Part shown: one piece after another, positions 13,557-26,343 of the stretch | How the letters are laid out: each line of letters starts with the position of its first letter | Numbering within the stretch: position 1 is the stretch's first letter | Source of the DNA: Octopus bimaculoides | Taxonomy: Eukaryota | DNA: 64,000 bases | Assembly: GCF_001194135.2 (NCBI RefSeq) | Contig: NC_068998.1 | Location: forward strand, 50,650,491 to 50,714,490 | Reading direction: 5' to 3' | Notes under the pieces: model-generated | The model's database searches: none | The model's input: only the letters and a program-made list of their open reading frames with translations | What the model was told of the DNA's origin: nothing | Made by a program: the position numbers and the translations under genes

Positions 13557-14700
13557 ATAACCCTAATTAAAACATTACAATCGAAGGAAGAGATCACATG
13601 ACATACTAGGATCTCATTATGGAAGGTCAAGCCTGACACTTTCTAATATTACAAATATACTTGGTATTTCACAAGAAAATCAAGAAAACTTTGATAAGGG
13701 TAATGACAGAGACTCACTAAATTCAATAAAGACTGAATATATTACACCAATTAGATTGTTTAATATTCAGCGCCATTAACACGATTTCTGAATCTGTATG
13801 CATATGCTATCATTGTCTTAAATCTAACTCTCTCATTAGCATATAATGCAAACAACTTCGTTTGTCGATTCAGCCTGATTCTTATCAAAGCCAGTGCAAG
13901 ATAATAACATATCGTTCAGTTAGTAATTATAAAGATTATAGCTTTTAATGGTGGAATGAGATTTCCTGAATAGTTTGACACTTTCGTTCGTGTTAACCAC
14001 GACATTGTATCGCCTTTAGAAATATTTTGCTATTCATCTCCTCCGGGATATTACCATTTGGAACTAATCATCTTTCTCGTTTTGCTGTCATTACTCCTAT
14101 TTCTTTCATTCCAAATACGAATTAATAACTGAACCTGGAAATTTACACAATAACCATAGAGACAAGTCGATGTGTATGCTCAAGAGGTTTACGTTGAAGC
14201 TTGATTTCCTAACAGTCAAATACTGTATGAGACTTTAAATATTTATCCCTTCACACTAAAATTTCAGACCTTGTGATTATGTAAGAAGGAATTATCGCAG
14301 GTGATGCATTGGCAGAATATTTTGAGAGTTGATATTTGTTCTAGCTAAGGCGGCGAACTGGCTGTATCGTTAGCACGTCATTGATATTTAACCCTAGGAC
14401 CCAACTCTGACTGATCAAACCCATGATGATCAAATGCATTCCAATCGAGACCTTCTTTTTGTCTTTTGTTTTATTTCACCCAGTACCCGGGACTACATTA
14501 AGCAATCTGCGCTTCTATTACACATATATGCCTCCGTATGTATGTATTTATACGCATATCTATGCATACACATAAGCACACGCACACAAAAACACAGATA
14601 TGCATACGTACTCATGTGTGTGTGTTTGTGTGTGTGTGTGTGTGCATACATACGTACTGACATACATGTATGCATACATACATACGCTTCATTAAAACAG

Positions 14701-14781
14701 CTGAGGAAGCGACTTAGAGTCGCAACGACACTAACTTTTGGGTGTACGGACCCTGACGAATAGTCGAAACAGCTGTAAGGT
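14701..14781 (+). ncRNA. Two tandem decayed hammerhead-like motifs
   Basis: CTGAGGA A GCGACT-tag-AGTCGC AACG (the GAAA box is damaged), then ACC CTGACGA ATAGTC GAAAC AGCT GTA AGGT (helix II is rudimentary). Confidence 0.35.
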
Positions 14782-15264
14782 AAAGAAAGTGATTACGTAA
14801 CTTCTGTTCTTTTGTCATTCATTTATTAATATTACGTTTTGTATTGACCTTCTGAGTCTTATTAAGAGACAGAAGCAGAGGGCGTTGGACAAGTTACACC
14901 TCGTCGTTGCCCAATCAAACTGATATTGTCACGTATAAGTATGATTTCTGTTACTACTATTTCCGGGACTGCTATTGCCAAATGCAATCATCATATGTGT
15001 GTGTGTTTGCGTGCTCGAACATATGTATTGTGTATGCATATGTATATATACACAGATATAAGTTTAGGAGTATACGCACATACACATACACACACAAATA
15101 AACACACACACACACACATACAAATATAATATATGTATTTACATAGACATGTACAAATATAAAACCGAATTAGAACATATATTACATAAAGGGTAACATC
15201 ATTCTCTTAAATATGTTTCTTTTTGACATTTTGATAATATTTTTATCACACTCTCATCACATAC

Positions 15265-15615
15265 CTTTTTCAGTTTCTTCTTCTCGCCGTCTTTCTTCAG
15301 CTTCTTCTTCTGCCTCCTCTTCTTCCTCCTCCTCTTCTTCTTCTGCTTCTGCTTCTTCTTCCAGCAGTCTATTCCGAAGTTTGTTTTCTTTGTCCAGTTC
15401 ATCAAGCATTAATCGAAAATTTAACGCCGCTTCTTCTTGTCTCTCCTCCTCAGCGTTTAATGCTGCCAAGTTCGATAACTCTTGCTCTTTCAAGCTTTTC
15501 GCATTTTCGTATCTCGCAACGTCATCGTCCATCTCTTCTTCCTCTTCGTTTTCTTCTTCATTATCGACTTCGTCATCGTCGTCATTATTTTCCTCTTCTT
15601 CAACATCATTCTCAC
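15265..15615 (-). CDS. Fourth coding exon of the same precursor (Glu/Asp-rich, helical)
   Basis: Acceptor ttttttcatttattcttcag|GT and donor AAAAG|GTATGT. 351 bp, phase 1-1. Reads GENDVEEEE...ARYENAKSLKEQELSNLAALNAEEERQEEAALNFRLMLDELDKENKLRNRLLEEE...RRREEETEK. Linkage across the 16-kb intron is inferred from strand, phase and composition. Confidence 0.8.
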
Positions 15616-17717
15616 CTGAAGAATAAATGAAAAAACAACACATAGATAAATCTACAGTATGTCTACGTTGTTATTATTATTCTTACTGTTGCTATCATTA
15701 CTATTGTTATTTTAAATTAATTTTACACTCATCAGGTATGTGTTTGTTTCGATCTCTGTATTGTGGATTTCCGTCAAGTGAAAAACGTTTGGGTTTTTGT
15801 TTTATATTTTTGTGAACCGACCTTCTACATAAAGAGGTAAGAATTTAATTTTCTGTATTTCTTTCACTAGTTTTTCCGAAAGTAGGAGGATGAAAATGCC
15901 TTTGATTTGTAAAGAAAATTTTTCTTCAGCTTCCAAATTAAGAAAGATATATCTTCAAACTCCCACCAACTCAAGAAAAGTTTTACGAAAAGTAAATACA
16001 CAAAAAGAAAACAAATTCACTTTCTCAGCAGAATACACATATTACTCAAGGAAAAAAGAACGAGAATTTTTCTGATAGAAAATAATAAAATTATTTTCAA
16101 CAATTTATATGAAATAAATATCAATTGCGTAACAATAATAACAATAATAACAATAATAACACACATTTTCGAAACGAAAATATAGGCTAGAAATATCATC
16201 ACCCATTCTTTTACTAATATGGTTTCCAATAAATAAGTTAAATCACGGATTATCTGGTAGAGAAAAGTCTTCCTGGCAGAGATATGTAACAAAAGAAGAT
16301 GCATCGCTATCTCAGTATCTATGTCTCATCAAAATGTAATAAATATTTGTATCTCAATATCCACAAAGGCCTTTTCCCTGCCCCATGAAATAGCAACACT
16401 GACCGGTTTATGGAATAATATTTCTTCGATCGAGGGAGAACAGCTTACAGAACTATAAGCATAATATTCGAAACTTAAAACGGGGCAAAAAATACAAGCC
16501 AAGCTTGAGAGTTACACACCTTGTCTGAGATTCACTTCACATTATATAGGATGATATAACACAAGAATCACGACGAAGAATATTAGCGACTCCGTTGTAC
16601 CTTCATCTCGGCATCAATTTCTGTGATAAAATACGGAAATGTGATCAATATGTAACCGGGTGGATCTATGCAGATTCCAGTAAAGCCCACGCTGTCGAAT
16701 TCCAAAGACCATTCCAAAGTTGTTCTCTCGTCGTGTGTGCAGGAAGAAGATTCATAAGATTAATGGTGTAGAACAAACAGCCCAGATTCTGCGCATGTTT
16801 CGGGAAAAATCATTTGAGACTGAAGGAGGTCGAAAGCTAGGGTCAGCAGAGACTGCATCAACGNNNNNNNNNNNNNNNNNNNNNNNNNNNNNNNNNNNNN
16901 NNNNNNNNNNNNNNNNNNNNNNNNGAGGAGGAGGGGGAGGTTTTAGTTCGTAAGTTCTACTTTGCTTATCGCCATGCTAAAGACGAAAGGCAAAGTTGAT
17001 CTTGACGCGATTTGAAGTTAGACCGCAAACGGCCACCACAATTACCTCAAAGCATTTGTCAAACGCTCTAACGACTGTTTCGATTTATGTTGTGATAAAT
17101 GAATGGATTTCATTTTCGTCGGTTTCGACAACGAGGGTTCCGTTGTTTCATCAACAACTGAATTATCTGCCCCTGAATTATCGTGTAAACGGTTGAGTAT
17201 TCCACGGACGGGTTTACGCTTAAAGTAATTCTCTGACAGAATTAGTATGACAAGGGGAGGAAACCTTTTGAGTTGCAAGCACAATTCACTCAGTATGGCT
17301 TCCACACAGTTTCCGCCAACACAATTTCACTCATAACGCTGGGATCGAACGAAGTTGAGGGAGATGACATGCAACAAGATCGAACTGACGACCTCAAGAT
17401 AGCGAAACGGAATTCTTAAACATTCAGCCATGGTACGTGTATTCTCACAATACACAACCCATTCCTACTTTGTTTCTTTAATTGATGTTTCTATAACAGA
17501 CAGCAATTTAAAGAAGCTGTCATATGTTTTGGAAGTGAAAATGCTATGAGATATAAATAATACTAACTTTACAGACGCGACAACTAGAAATAATAACATT
17601 AGACACAGAATGTTTCGTTGTTGTTGTTGTTTTCTATTATCTTTTTTTAGACTATATTTCTACAGAGTATCCATAGGTCAGGGGTGAAACATGGCGACGT
17701 TCTATTTCGGAGATAGC

Positions 17718-17939
17718 TTAACCTTTTCGATAAAATATTTCTATCGCAAAGCGCTGCTTTTAATTTCAATTGAATTTTAAAGTATTGAAGAATTTATTCA
17801 AATAACTTTGTCATCATCAAAATAGTGTTTGAAACAAAACTTTTGATGAAAGGTTTTAATTTAGACTACTATTAGATAGAAAGTTTGTATCCTCGACCCC
17901 CAAGGACGGTTTCAGGCGGATTGATATCAAAAGGGTTAA
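17718..17939. mobile_element. TTAA-flanked MITE (piggyBac-like ends)
   Basis: Left end TTAACCTTTTCGATA and reverse complement of right end TTAACCCTTTTGATA (13/15). AT-rich, non-coding interior. Confidence 0.55.
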
Positions 17940-18561
17940 GGAACGATCAGTGAATGATGGCATGTCTAATTTAGTTGGTTCGTGATTCAGAAGCGCAGCA
18001 GGAAAAACAATCACCTTTGTTAGTTTAGCTACGAATATTAAAATTTTTTTTTTTTTTTTTAATATTTTAATTTGTTTACGGCAAATTATGAATACCAAAG
18101 GGTTACATGAAGAGACTCCATATTAAAACTAGTGTCAAATTCATAAAATGTTTTGGTGACTGGCGGCTTGATAAAATACTTTGGTTGAATAAGTAGTCAG
18201 AGGGGATTTTTAAAAACACGGTCAAAAGAAAATCATTGNNNNNNNNNNNNNNNNNNNNNNNNNNNNNNNNNNNNNNNNNNNNNNNNNNNNNNNNNNNNNN
18301 NNNNNNNNNNNNNNNNNNNNNNNNNNNNNNNNNNNNNNNNNNNNNNNNNNNNNNNNNNNNNNNNNNNNNNNNNNNNNNNNNNNNNNNNNNNNNNNNNNNN
18401 NNNNNNNNNNNNNNNNNNNNNNNNNNNNNNNNNNNNNNNNNNNNNNNNNNNNNNNNNNNNNNNNNNNNNNNNNNNNNNNNNNNNNNNNNNNNNNNNNNNN
18501 NNNNNNNNNNNNNNNNNNNNNNNNNNNNNNNNNNNNNNNNNNNNNNNNNNNNNNNNNNNNN

Positions 18562-18615
<54 letters not shown>

Positions 18616-18814
18616 TCAATAACATCGAAAAATACCTTAGGAATGAGAACCCAGGTTCGAAATTTCCCCAAGTCACTTGATGAAGGCTGGAGGGTATATC
18701 AGCTGAAACGTTGTGTTCACAACAAACAAGATGAGGACAAATATCCGTCAATAATGCAAATAATGTAAATAATGTATAAAAATGAAGTTTTACTACTTTT
18801 ACATTGTTACCCAG
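18562..18814 (+). mobile_element. Family A element with an inverted 5' segment
   Basis: (TTA)n-TTCAGGTCA, the reverse complement of TGACCTGAA(TAA)n, is joined directly to the plus-strand body ATAACATCGAAAAATACC. Motif at 18672-18717. Confidence 0.75.
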
Positions 18815-19668
18815 AGACTCCATTTTGCATTATTAATGTATATTTGAGTATTTACCTCTCACGATGGCACGTTGCCATCGAAAATCCACTCACTGAAAGG
18901 GAATTAAAAGCGTCTCCGTTTAGATCAAGTTTTGAAAATTTATGTTTGCGAAATATAAATCTAATCCAGATGTGAAAATGACTTTTATTTTTACCTCATT
19001 AATGTTAGCAGGCCACATTTAAAGCATTTAAAATATTTTATATCTCTATTTTGAAAATATAATTATTCATAGAAAATCAAGCAAAATACGTTTTAAAAAT
19101 CTAATCTTTTAATGGCTGTGTGATAGCAATTTTAGTGGGAAAAATATTTTCAATGTTTGCCTGCTCCGTGAAAGTTCTTATATTAATCTATTGATCTGAT
19201 AGTCGATTCTGATCCTTCTACCAACGATACACGCGCCATACTTTCGATTGATCTGGACAAGTATGGAGTTGATATTGCAACAGTTGCAGCAACAATAATT
19301 TATATCAATTTTTCGATATTTTTACTGCCTTCAGCAGAGAATCGCTTTACTCCATGAAAAAGAATTAGCAGTTTGGGGGACCAGGATAGTAAGGGTCAAG
19401 TGTTCTTGACCATCGACGTGGGACTGAAATGAAGTTAGTTCTGGTTAACTTTTACTGGAATGCAGTCGTATTTGTATAATGATGAAGTCACTGTAAGTAA
19501 TGATATTTCGAATGTATTTTTTACGCACGTTTCAGATATTTGCGTAATAGCTAAGAGAGGGATTTTCACCTCTTACGCAAATCTTCATTTAAGACATATC
19601 AAAAAAACATGAACTGAAGAAGATTTTCTGTTAAATGCATTCAAAATATCATTGTTGGTTTGGGTGCA

Positions 19669-19705
<37 letters not shown>

Positions 19706-19804
19706 TTTGAATACATAGATGAATAGAGAGATAGGTAGATACATAAAGAGGTTGGCAGACAGGTAGATAGAAAGACAAACTGATAGATAGATAGATAGAT
19801 AGAT

Positions 19805-19893
<89 letters not shown>

Positions 19894-21461
19894 GATAGAT
19901 ATGTATTTCTAGAGATGGTATATAGGAAAACTAATTAGAGGCGTATACACAATTTTGCGTACATAAATATACATAGGCTTTGTTACACATAAACGCACAT
20001 AATAACATTAATACATAACATACACACATACATACATGCACACAATATTAACACATACATCTATACACAAAAATGAGGGCACCGAGAAAAATCGATAACA
20101 ATATCATGGTGTCTGTTCAGCAACAACTCCTAATGGTGTTAACTATCGAAGGATATGTCATGTCTCACAGTTTAGTAATCGGGATCCGTGAAGGTGGAAG
20201 CCTAATTTAATATGTCGGCCATATTGCCACTACAGACGACTGTGTGTCATTATATGAAAGCTCAACAATTGGCAAGATTCCATTATGTTGTAATTGCTTA
20301 TGTACGCTTATCACTGGAAAACTGAAGGAAATTGGATAATATACTGTTGTGTATTATATTAAAAGTTCGGTCTCTTGTGCGCACTAATAAACGCATACAC
20401 GCGCGCCTTGTCTGTATAGGAGTGTACAATATTCCCCCGATGTCAACTTTGCCTTTCATTCTTTCGGGGTCGATAAAACAAGTACCAGTCGAACACGGGT
20501 GTAATCGACTAGTTCCTTTCACCGAAATTGCTGGCCTAGTGCCAAAATTTGATGCCAATATTACAACGTATTCTTTAGGTCTGTGGATTAATGTAATTCC
20601 TGGAGTGGTTGAATAAAAGCAATTTGCCAGTTCTTATGTTTTGGATGTCCAGTTCAAGTGTGGTGGAATTGTTTGCGCCTTACTGACAAGAGGGAATCTT
20701 TTGGAATTAATAAAGCAATCACCCGAAAGAAGGTAACAGGGAACCATCTTTGTAATCTCACACGAAAAGTCTTTATCAATGAGATATGTGCCTATCAAAG
20801 AAATTTACAGAAGGCGTTAACTGAACTGATAGAAACGATTTCGAAGCAAATACTACATCTGAATGCGCGAATCGATTGATGCATTTCAGAGAGTGAAGTA
20901 ACAGCGAATTAAAGGGGATTATATATAATCGATTATTTCAGATGACAAAATCAATGACGTGGAATCGAATTAATATTACCCAAACCAGAAGAAGGAAAGA
21001 CAATAAGTAAATAAATATATGAACGGAAAATTCCAGATGAACCTAAATTGATTTTCTGTCAGATGAAGGGACACGAAAAGATTTTATTGCGTTTATAACA
21101 ACATAAAAGTCATTATTTGTGATGGAAAACTAATTTGCCGGATTAAATGAAAACTATTTTTAATCAAAGATGTTAAGTCTTCCTTTGCGTTGTTGTCCGT
21201 CTAACAATGAATGAAAGACTCGAGGTTTTCCTCTCCCACGTTGGTCGGTTACAATTTAGAGAGAATGCTCCAGTAATCGAAGGGCTATAAGAATGTGACA
21301 ACGAGCATTGTGACCCGGACTGTATAACAACATCGGATAGTTGTGGGCGGGATTCGAACTCAGAACGCGCACAAATGCAACACAATATGGTTATGTATCT
21401 TGCTCTGACGTTCTAACACTTCTGCTAACCTAGAGCCATGTCCAAGGAATTTATTTATATA

Positions 21462-21676
21462 TTCTTTTCTACTCTAGGCTCAAGGCCCGAAATTTTGGGG
21501 GAGGGGGCCAGTCGATTACATCGACCCCAGTACTCAACTGCTACTTAATTTATCGACCCCGAAAGGATGAAAGGCAAAGTCGACCTCGGCAGAATTTGAA
21601 CTCAGAACGTAACGCCAGACGAAATACCGCTAAGCATTTCGTCCGGCGTGCTAACGTTTCTGCCAGCTCGCCGCCT
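21462..21676 (-). mobile_element. Same SINE family, near full length
   Basis: TTCTTTTCTACTCTAGG...GAAAGGATGAAAGGCAAAGTCGACCTCGGC..GAATTTGAACTCAGAAC...CCAGCTCGCCGCCT. Confidence 0.9.
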
Positions 21677-21801
21677 AAGAAATTTATTAATTGTCTTGGA
21701 ATTGGTGAAAGATGAAGGTTCAAGTTTGAAGATGTCGAATTACTCAGATATATTTTCAAGAATATTCAAATGATATTTCTTTTCTTTTTTTACTTTGATT
21801 T

Positions 21802-22120
21802 TGGCGTAGTGGTTAAGAGCGCGGGCTACTAACCTCCAGATTCCGAGTTCGATTCCAGGCAGTGACCTGGAAAAATACCTAAGGAATGAGAACCTTGATT
21901 CGAAATTTCCCCAAGACACTTGATGAAGGCTGGAGGGTATATCAGCTGAAACGTTGTGTTCACAACAAACAAGATGAGGACAAATATCCGTCAATAATGC
22001 AAATAATGTAAATAATGTATAAAAATGAAGTTTTACTACTTTTACATTGTTACCCAGCCGAAACGTTGTAATAACAACAAGCAAGATGAGGACAAATATC
22101 TTTGAATTGTAAATAATGTA
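21802..22120 (+). mobile_element. Family A element lacking (AAT)n, with a tandem partial tail
   Basis: tRNA head at 21802 and hammerhead-like motif at 21915-21960 (TTGATGA core). A second tail copy CAGCCGAAACGTTGT...TGTAAATAATGTA starts near 22055. Confidence 0.8.
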
Positions 22121-22634
22121 ATTAATTTTTTGACACTTATTTCAGTTTATTCATGCTTGTTAAGTCCACAAAAGATAATAATGATTTCTGATTTAGGTAG
22201 AAGGCCAGCCATTGTTGTTGCTGGAACACGCGCACACGCGTGTGCACATGCATGTTCTTTATATGTGAAAGTGGAAGAAGATAGAATACAAGGAGCGTTG
22301 AACAAAATGCCTCCCAGTATTTATTTATGTAATCTAGCTTTCATTGTTCCAGGTCAATAATATAAAGTAACAGGCAAGCATTGGCTTCGATCCAATCGAT
22401 TCTTCCTTTTCTGGAAATCAGTATCTAAGTCCGCCAATAATTAACTGGTATTTTATGTTATCAGCGCCGTAAAAGATGAAAGCCAAAGCCGATGTCCTCA
22501 AAGATTTGAAATCGAAACATACAGAGCCAGAACAAATATCACCTAACGTTCTCTAACGTTCTAATGAATCTGCTAGCTTCACTAGCTTCCTTTAATCTAA
22601 ATAATGATTTGAAATTATTGCCGCAAGGGCAGCA

Positions 22635-22801
22635 TGGGGGAGGGGATGAAATCGATTACATCGACCCAGTGTGTAACTGGTACTTAATTTATCGACCTCC
22701 GAAAGGATGAAAGGCAAAGTCGACCTCGGCGGAATTTGAACTCAGAATGTAGTGACGGGTGAAATACTCCTGCGCTAACGATTCTGCCAGCTCGCCACCT
22801 T
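22635..22801 (-). mobile_element. Same SINE family
   Basis: Conserved core GAAAGGATGAAAGGCAAAGTCGACCTCGGCGGAATTTGAACTCAG and head CCAGCTCGCCACCTT. Confidence 0.85.
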
Positions 22802-23066
22802 TTTAATGGAAATAATAAAATTGCCCTTCATCATGTTTGTTCCTTCCTTTTTATTTTTTTTTTTTGTCTTTTTGTCTTTTATTTTGTTTTGGTGAGGCAG
22901 GTTCCGTTCTGATAATTTCTTTCTATCGATCATTATCCCCCCCAATCAATCAAACTATTAATGTTCATTTAAAATAATTTCGTTTCACAAACTCACATTG
23001 CATGCATTAACATCAATTACTATTGAGGATAGTGTTGGTGCTGTTACAAGTAGCAGCAGTAGCAGT

Positions 23067-23115
<49 letters not shown>

Positions 23116-23138
23116 TTAATAGTAGTAGTAGTAGCAGT

Positions 23139-23170
<32 letters not shown>

Positions 23171-23589
23171 TAGTAGTGGTTATGGTGGTAGCGACGGTGG
23201 TGGTGGTAGTAGTTGTTACAAAGAGGAAATGAATGTAATTTTCTTCGCGCAACACATCAAGCGTGTCAATGAAGTTCTCATTTCTAAATTGGATTTCAGA
23301 TTCGCTAAACCATAAGATGCGATTTAACAATTTGCAAATACATGTATAAACGCTTGCTTCCTTCTTCATTTTCATTTATTTTTATAGCGCTGCTATTTCA
23401 GGTAGAACGTTGTTTGTTATCTATGATACATAGGAGCAGCAGGCCTGGGCCGTGAGCTTAGCAAGCTCACTCCGCACCCACATAGTTTAGAGTACGGTAC
23501 GGTTATGGGTTGTCTGAGGCCAGTGACATTTGCTATGATTTGGCAGAATGAAATAGCACGCAAGCCAGTCATGTGTGTCTACATATATA

Positions 23590-23742
23590 TTTATATATTC
23601 TCTGTTTATTTCCTCTTGTTCTTTTCTGTTGAAGAGCGTAGGCTCGAAACGTAAAGGACTTTCTAACCTTCCCGATCGTTAAACTAACACACCTGTTTGC
23701 TGTTTATACACCTGTCTTCGTCTTTTCTTTTCTGTAAAATTT
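23590..23742 (+). mobile_element. Family B element, second copy
   Basis: Shares TTTCTGTTGAAGAGCGTA(G)GCTCGAAACGT, TTCCCGA.CGT and ACACCTGTC.TCGTCT with 8321-8514, and starts in a TA-rich run. Confidence 0.65.
23622..23657 (+). ncRNA. Minimal hammerhead-like motif (family B, second copy)
   Basis: TTTT CTGTTGA A GAGC-gtag-GCTC GAAAC GTA AAGG. Same A6U core, GUA triplet. Confidence 0.55.
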
Positions 23743-23748
23743 AAAACC

Positions 23749-23908
23749 CAACCTTCCGAGTTCTTTTCAGAGGACCTAGAAAAACTCAAGGACCGCTGGA
23801 ATGAGTGTGTGAATCTGAAAGGGAAATATGTTGAATAAAATCATAATTAACTGATCCTCTTGTATTTCCTTTTACCCAAAGTCAGAAAAAATTTCAGCAC
23901 CCCTCGTA
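23749..23908 (+). mobile_element. Mariner 3' fragment (second family)
   Basis: Translates as QPSEFFSEDLEKLKDRWNECVNLKGKYVE*, followed by the TIR-like end TTTCAGCACCCCTCGTA. Confidence 0.75.
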
Positions 23909-23918
23909 TGTGTGTGTG

Positions 23919-23961
<43 letters not shown>

Positions 23962-25018
23962 TTCAGTCAGAGCCTAAGAAGTATTTACTGCAATTTTGAC
24001 AAGACAAGGACGAAAATTTAGTCCAGAACCCAAATAACTACACGGACTCTACAGCTGCCAACAGGAATAGCATCAAACAAACGAAGAGTACCAAAATATT
24101 TTTACTGGTTAAAGAAACCAATGGAAAGTTTGAATATTTTGCCACCAGCATTAACAACCAATGAACAACGTCGACACATTAACAACTACAGAACAGTGTC
24201 AGCGTACTATGAACATTCTAACAGTCGATGAAAAGTGTTAACATATTACGAGCCAATGAACAACGGTAACACACTATTACCAAAACTAACTAGCAAAATA
24301 CAAGGATATATTTCGTTATTTGGTTTCATTTATTTTCTCTGGTAAATAAATGCATAAATATAATTAAATAAATAAGAGTGATTTGAAGAAAAATATTGCA
24401 TTTGGGAATATCTATTTCATTTTAGAGAAATTTAATTAAGAATTAATTTCATTGTGTACCGGCATCCAATTTAATATCTCTACAGACAAATATTTTAGCA
24501 ATATGATGTACAAGTCGGGTGTGGGTGTATTTCAATATCTGCATACAGAAGATGTATCACTAAAACCTACCTAATCTTTTTATTATTTTTCTTTCTTGTT
24601 TTTGTATTTCATTTTCTTTCTTCCGAGAAAGAAAAAGAAAAGGCGATATATTTAATAAAGACAGCTGTAGTTTATTTTTTTGTTTATTTCTATTTAATAG
24701 GTCATGTCAGCTAAGCTAAACAAAATGAAACTTAGGTTTCAATTTGTTTAGCTTAGATGACATGAAATCTAATAATTATATTGTAGATGATGTTGGATTA
24801 AGTTTCTCAAAGATATTCTGCTTGATTCCCAAGATAATATATGTCCAATTTTGTTTACTGTAAACTTCATAAACATTAAACAGAACACGGAGCCAGCGAA
24901 AGCTATAATCATCCGATTTTACAAACGCCAAAACAAAATGTGTGTATATGTGTCTTCATGTATATATAGACATATAATATATATGTACATTTACACCCTC
25001 ATCATCCCACATATTTAT

Positions 25019-25053
<35 letters not shown>

Positions 25054-25439
25054 CATACATACATACATACATACATACATACATACATAAAAATAAAAAG
25101 TATAAATGATGTGCTTTACACATTCATTTGTGCATGGAAGAAGTACGGCTGCTTCTGGCATAGATTTTATGTGCGTTCATAGTTCAATTCAATCATTCGG
25201 TCAAAGCATGCTGCGAAGATGGTTACAGTAGCCTCGGTTATAGCCATCCAAGATGTAAATGACGACTTTAAACCGAATGATTACTTTTATCACTTAATTT
25301 GTGTAAACACATGCGCGCGCATACATGTACTCCCCGCAATGTCCATGTACGTGTGCACACACACACACATATATATATGTGTGTGTGTGTCTGTATACGT
25401 ATGCATATATATATATAATTTTCAGAATGAGATAAAAAT

Positions 25440-26090
25440 CCAAGGTTGTGAAAGGTTTTAGAACATTTATAAAGAGAAGGTCTTACAGCTGTTTCCGGGA
25501 TATTTTATATATCCCTTCAGCGGAGACGCTGTGAGAAAATGGTTAAGCAATAAATATTTTAGATAAGATATAAAATACAGAGTGATGTGGAGGAATGAAA
25601 ATAGACGTGAGATATGCAAAGATATTGCATCCGTACATCCATTATTTAGGTAGAATGGTATACATATAAGATTCCAATATATATATATATATTGGAAAAG
25701 TAGAAGTTGAAAATGCGCTGAGAATAGTTTAGATAGATTTTATTAAAATATTTGAAGCTTTAACCGGTTTTACAGCTTACACAGATTTTCAAAATGTTGA
25801 AATAGTAAGACGTGGCTTATGTCGCAGCTGTTTTGCTTCTGACTAGTGTTTCAAGTATGCCCTGTTTTTGTAGGAACTTCCTGGCTCAAATTAGTATGTG
25901 TTTTGAATAGGATTTGATTGTTAGAGGGTAGTCACGTGACTGGTCTTAAACAGTTTTGTAGGCTCCCTGCTATGTCCATGTGTTAGTATCAAGTGACAAT
26001 GTTTGGCGTCGTAATTTAAAACTGACACGTTTGACTGAACATGTCCAAACAATCAATGCTTTGAATGTTTTCTGTCAAGTGTTTCCAGAG
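25440..26090 (-). mobile_element. Probable Penelope-like terminal-repeat relic
   Basis: Complex, non-coding 650-bp stretch with the family C hammerhead-like motif near its minus-strand 3' end. The assignment is inferred from that motif only. Confidence 0.35.
25480..25527 (-). ncRNA. Decayed hammerhead-like motif (family C)
   Basis: GTCT CCGCTGA A GGGATAT-ataaa-ATATCCC G GAAAC AGCT GTA AGAC. Helix I is 4 bp, helix II is 7 bp, and helix III is the palindrome ACAGCTGT. Two core substitutions. Confidence 0.5.
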
Positions 26091-26223
26091 AATGAACACT
26101 ACGTTTCTCGCTACGTCTGTGCGTTAGTGTCACATGACAGTATATTTTGAGCCTAAAAGGAAGGCTGACACGGTTGAGCGAAGATGTTTAGTTATAATCA
26201 AGACATATATAGACATACATACA

Positions 26224-26257
<34 letters not shown>

Positions 26258-26311
26258 CACGCGCACATACACACACACATATATATGTATATGTATGTAT
26301 ATATATATATT

Positions 26312-26343
<32 letters not shown>

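Noticed and set aside
16360-16700. Faint RT-like words on the minus strand (GTTESLIF, KAFVDIE); endonuclease-like words at about 19210-19290
   Set aside because: Too decayed to assign by eye; this needs a tBLASTn or HMM search.
21802-21870. tRNA-like sequences here and at 37770-37840 and 44088-44155
   Set aside because: These are SINE heads with no complete acceptor stem, so they are not called as tRNA genes.
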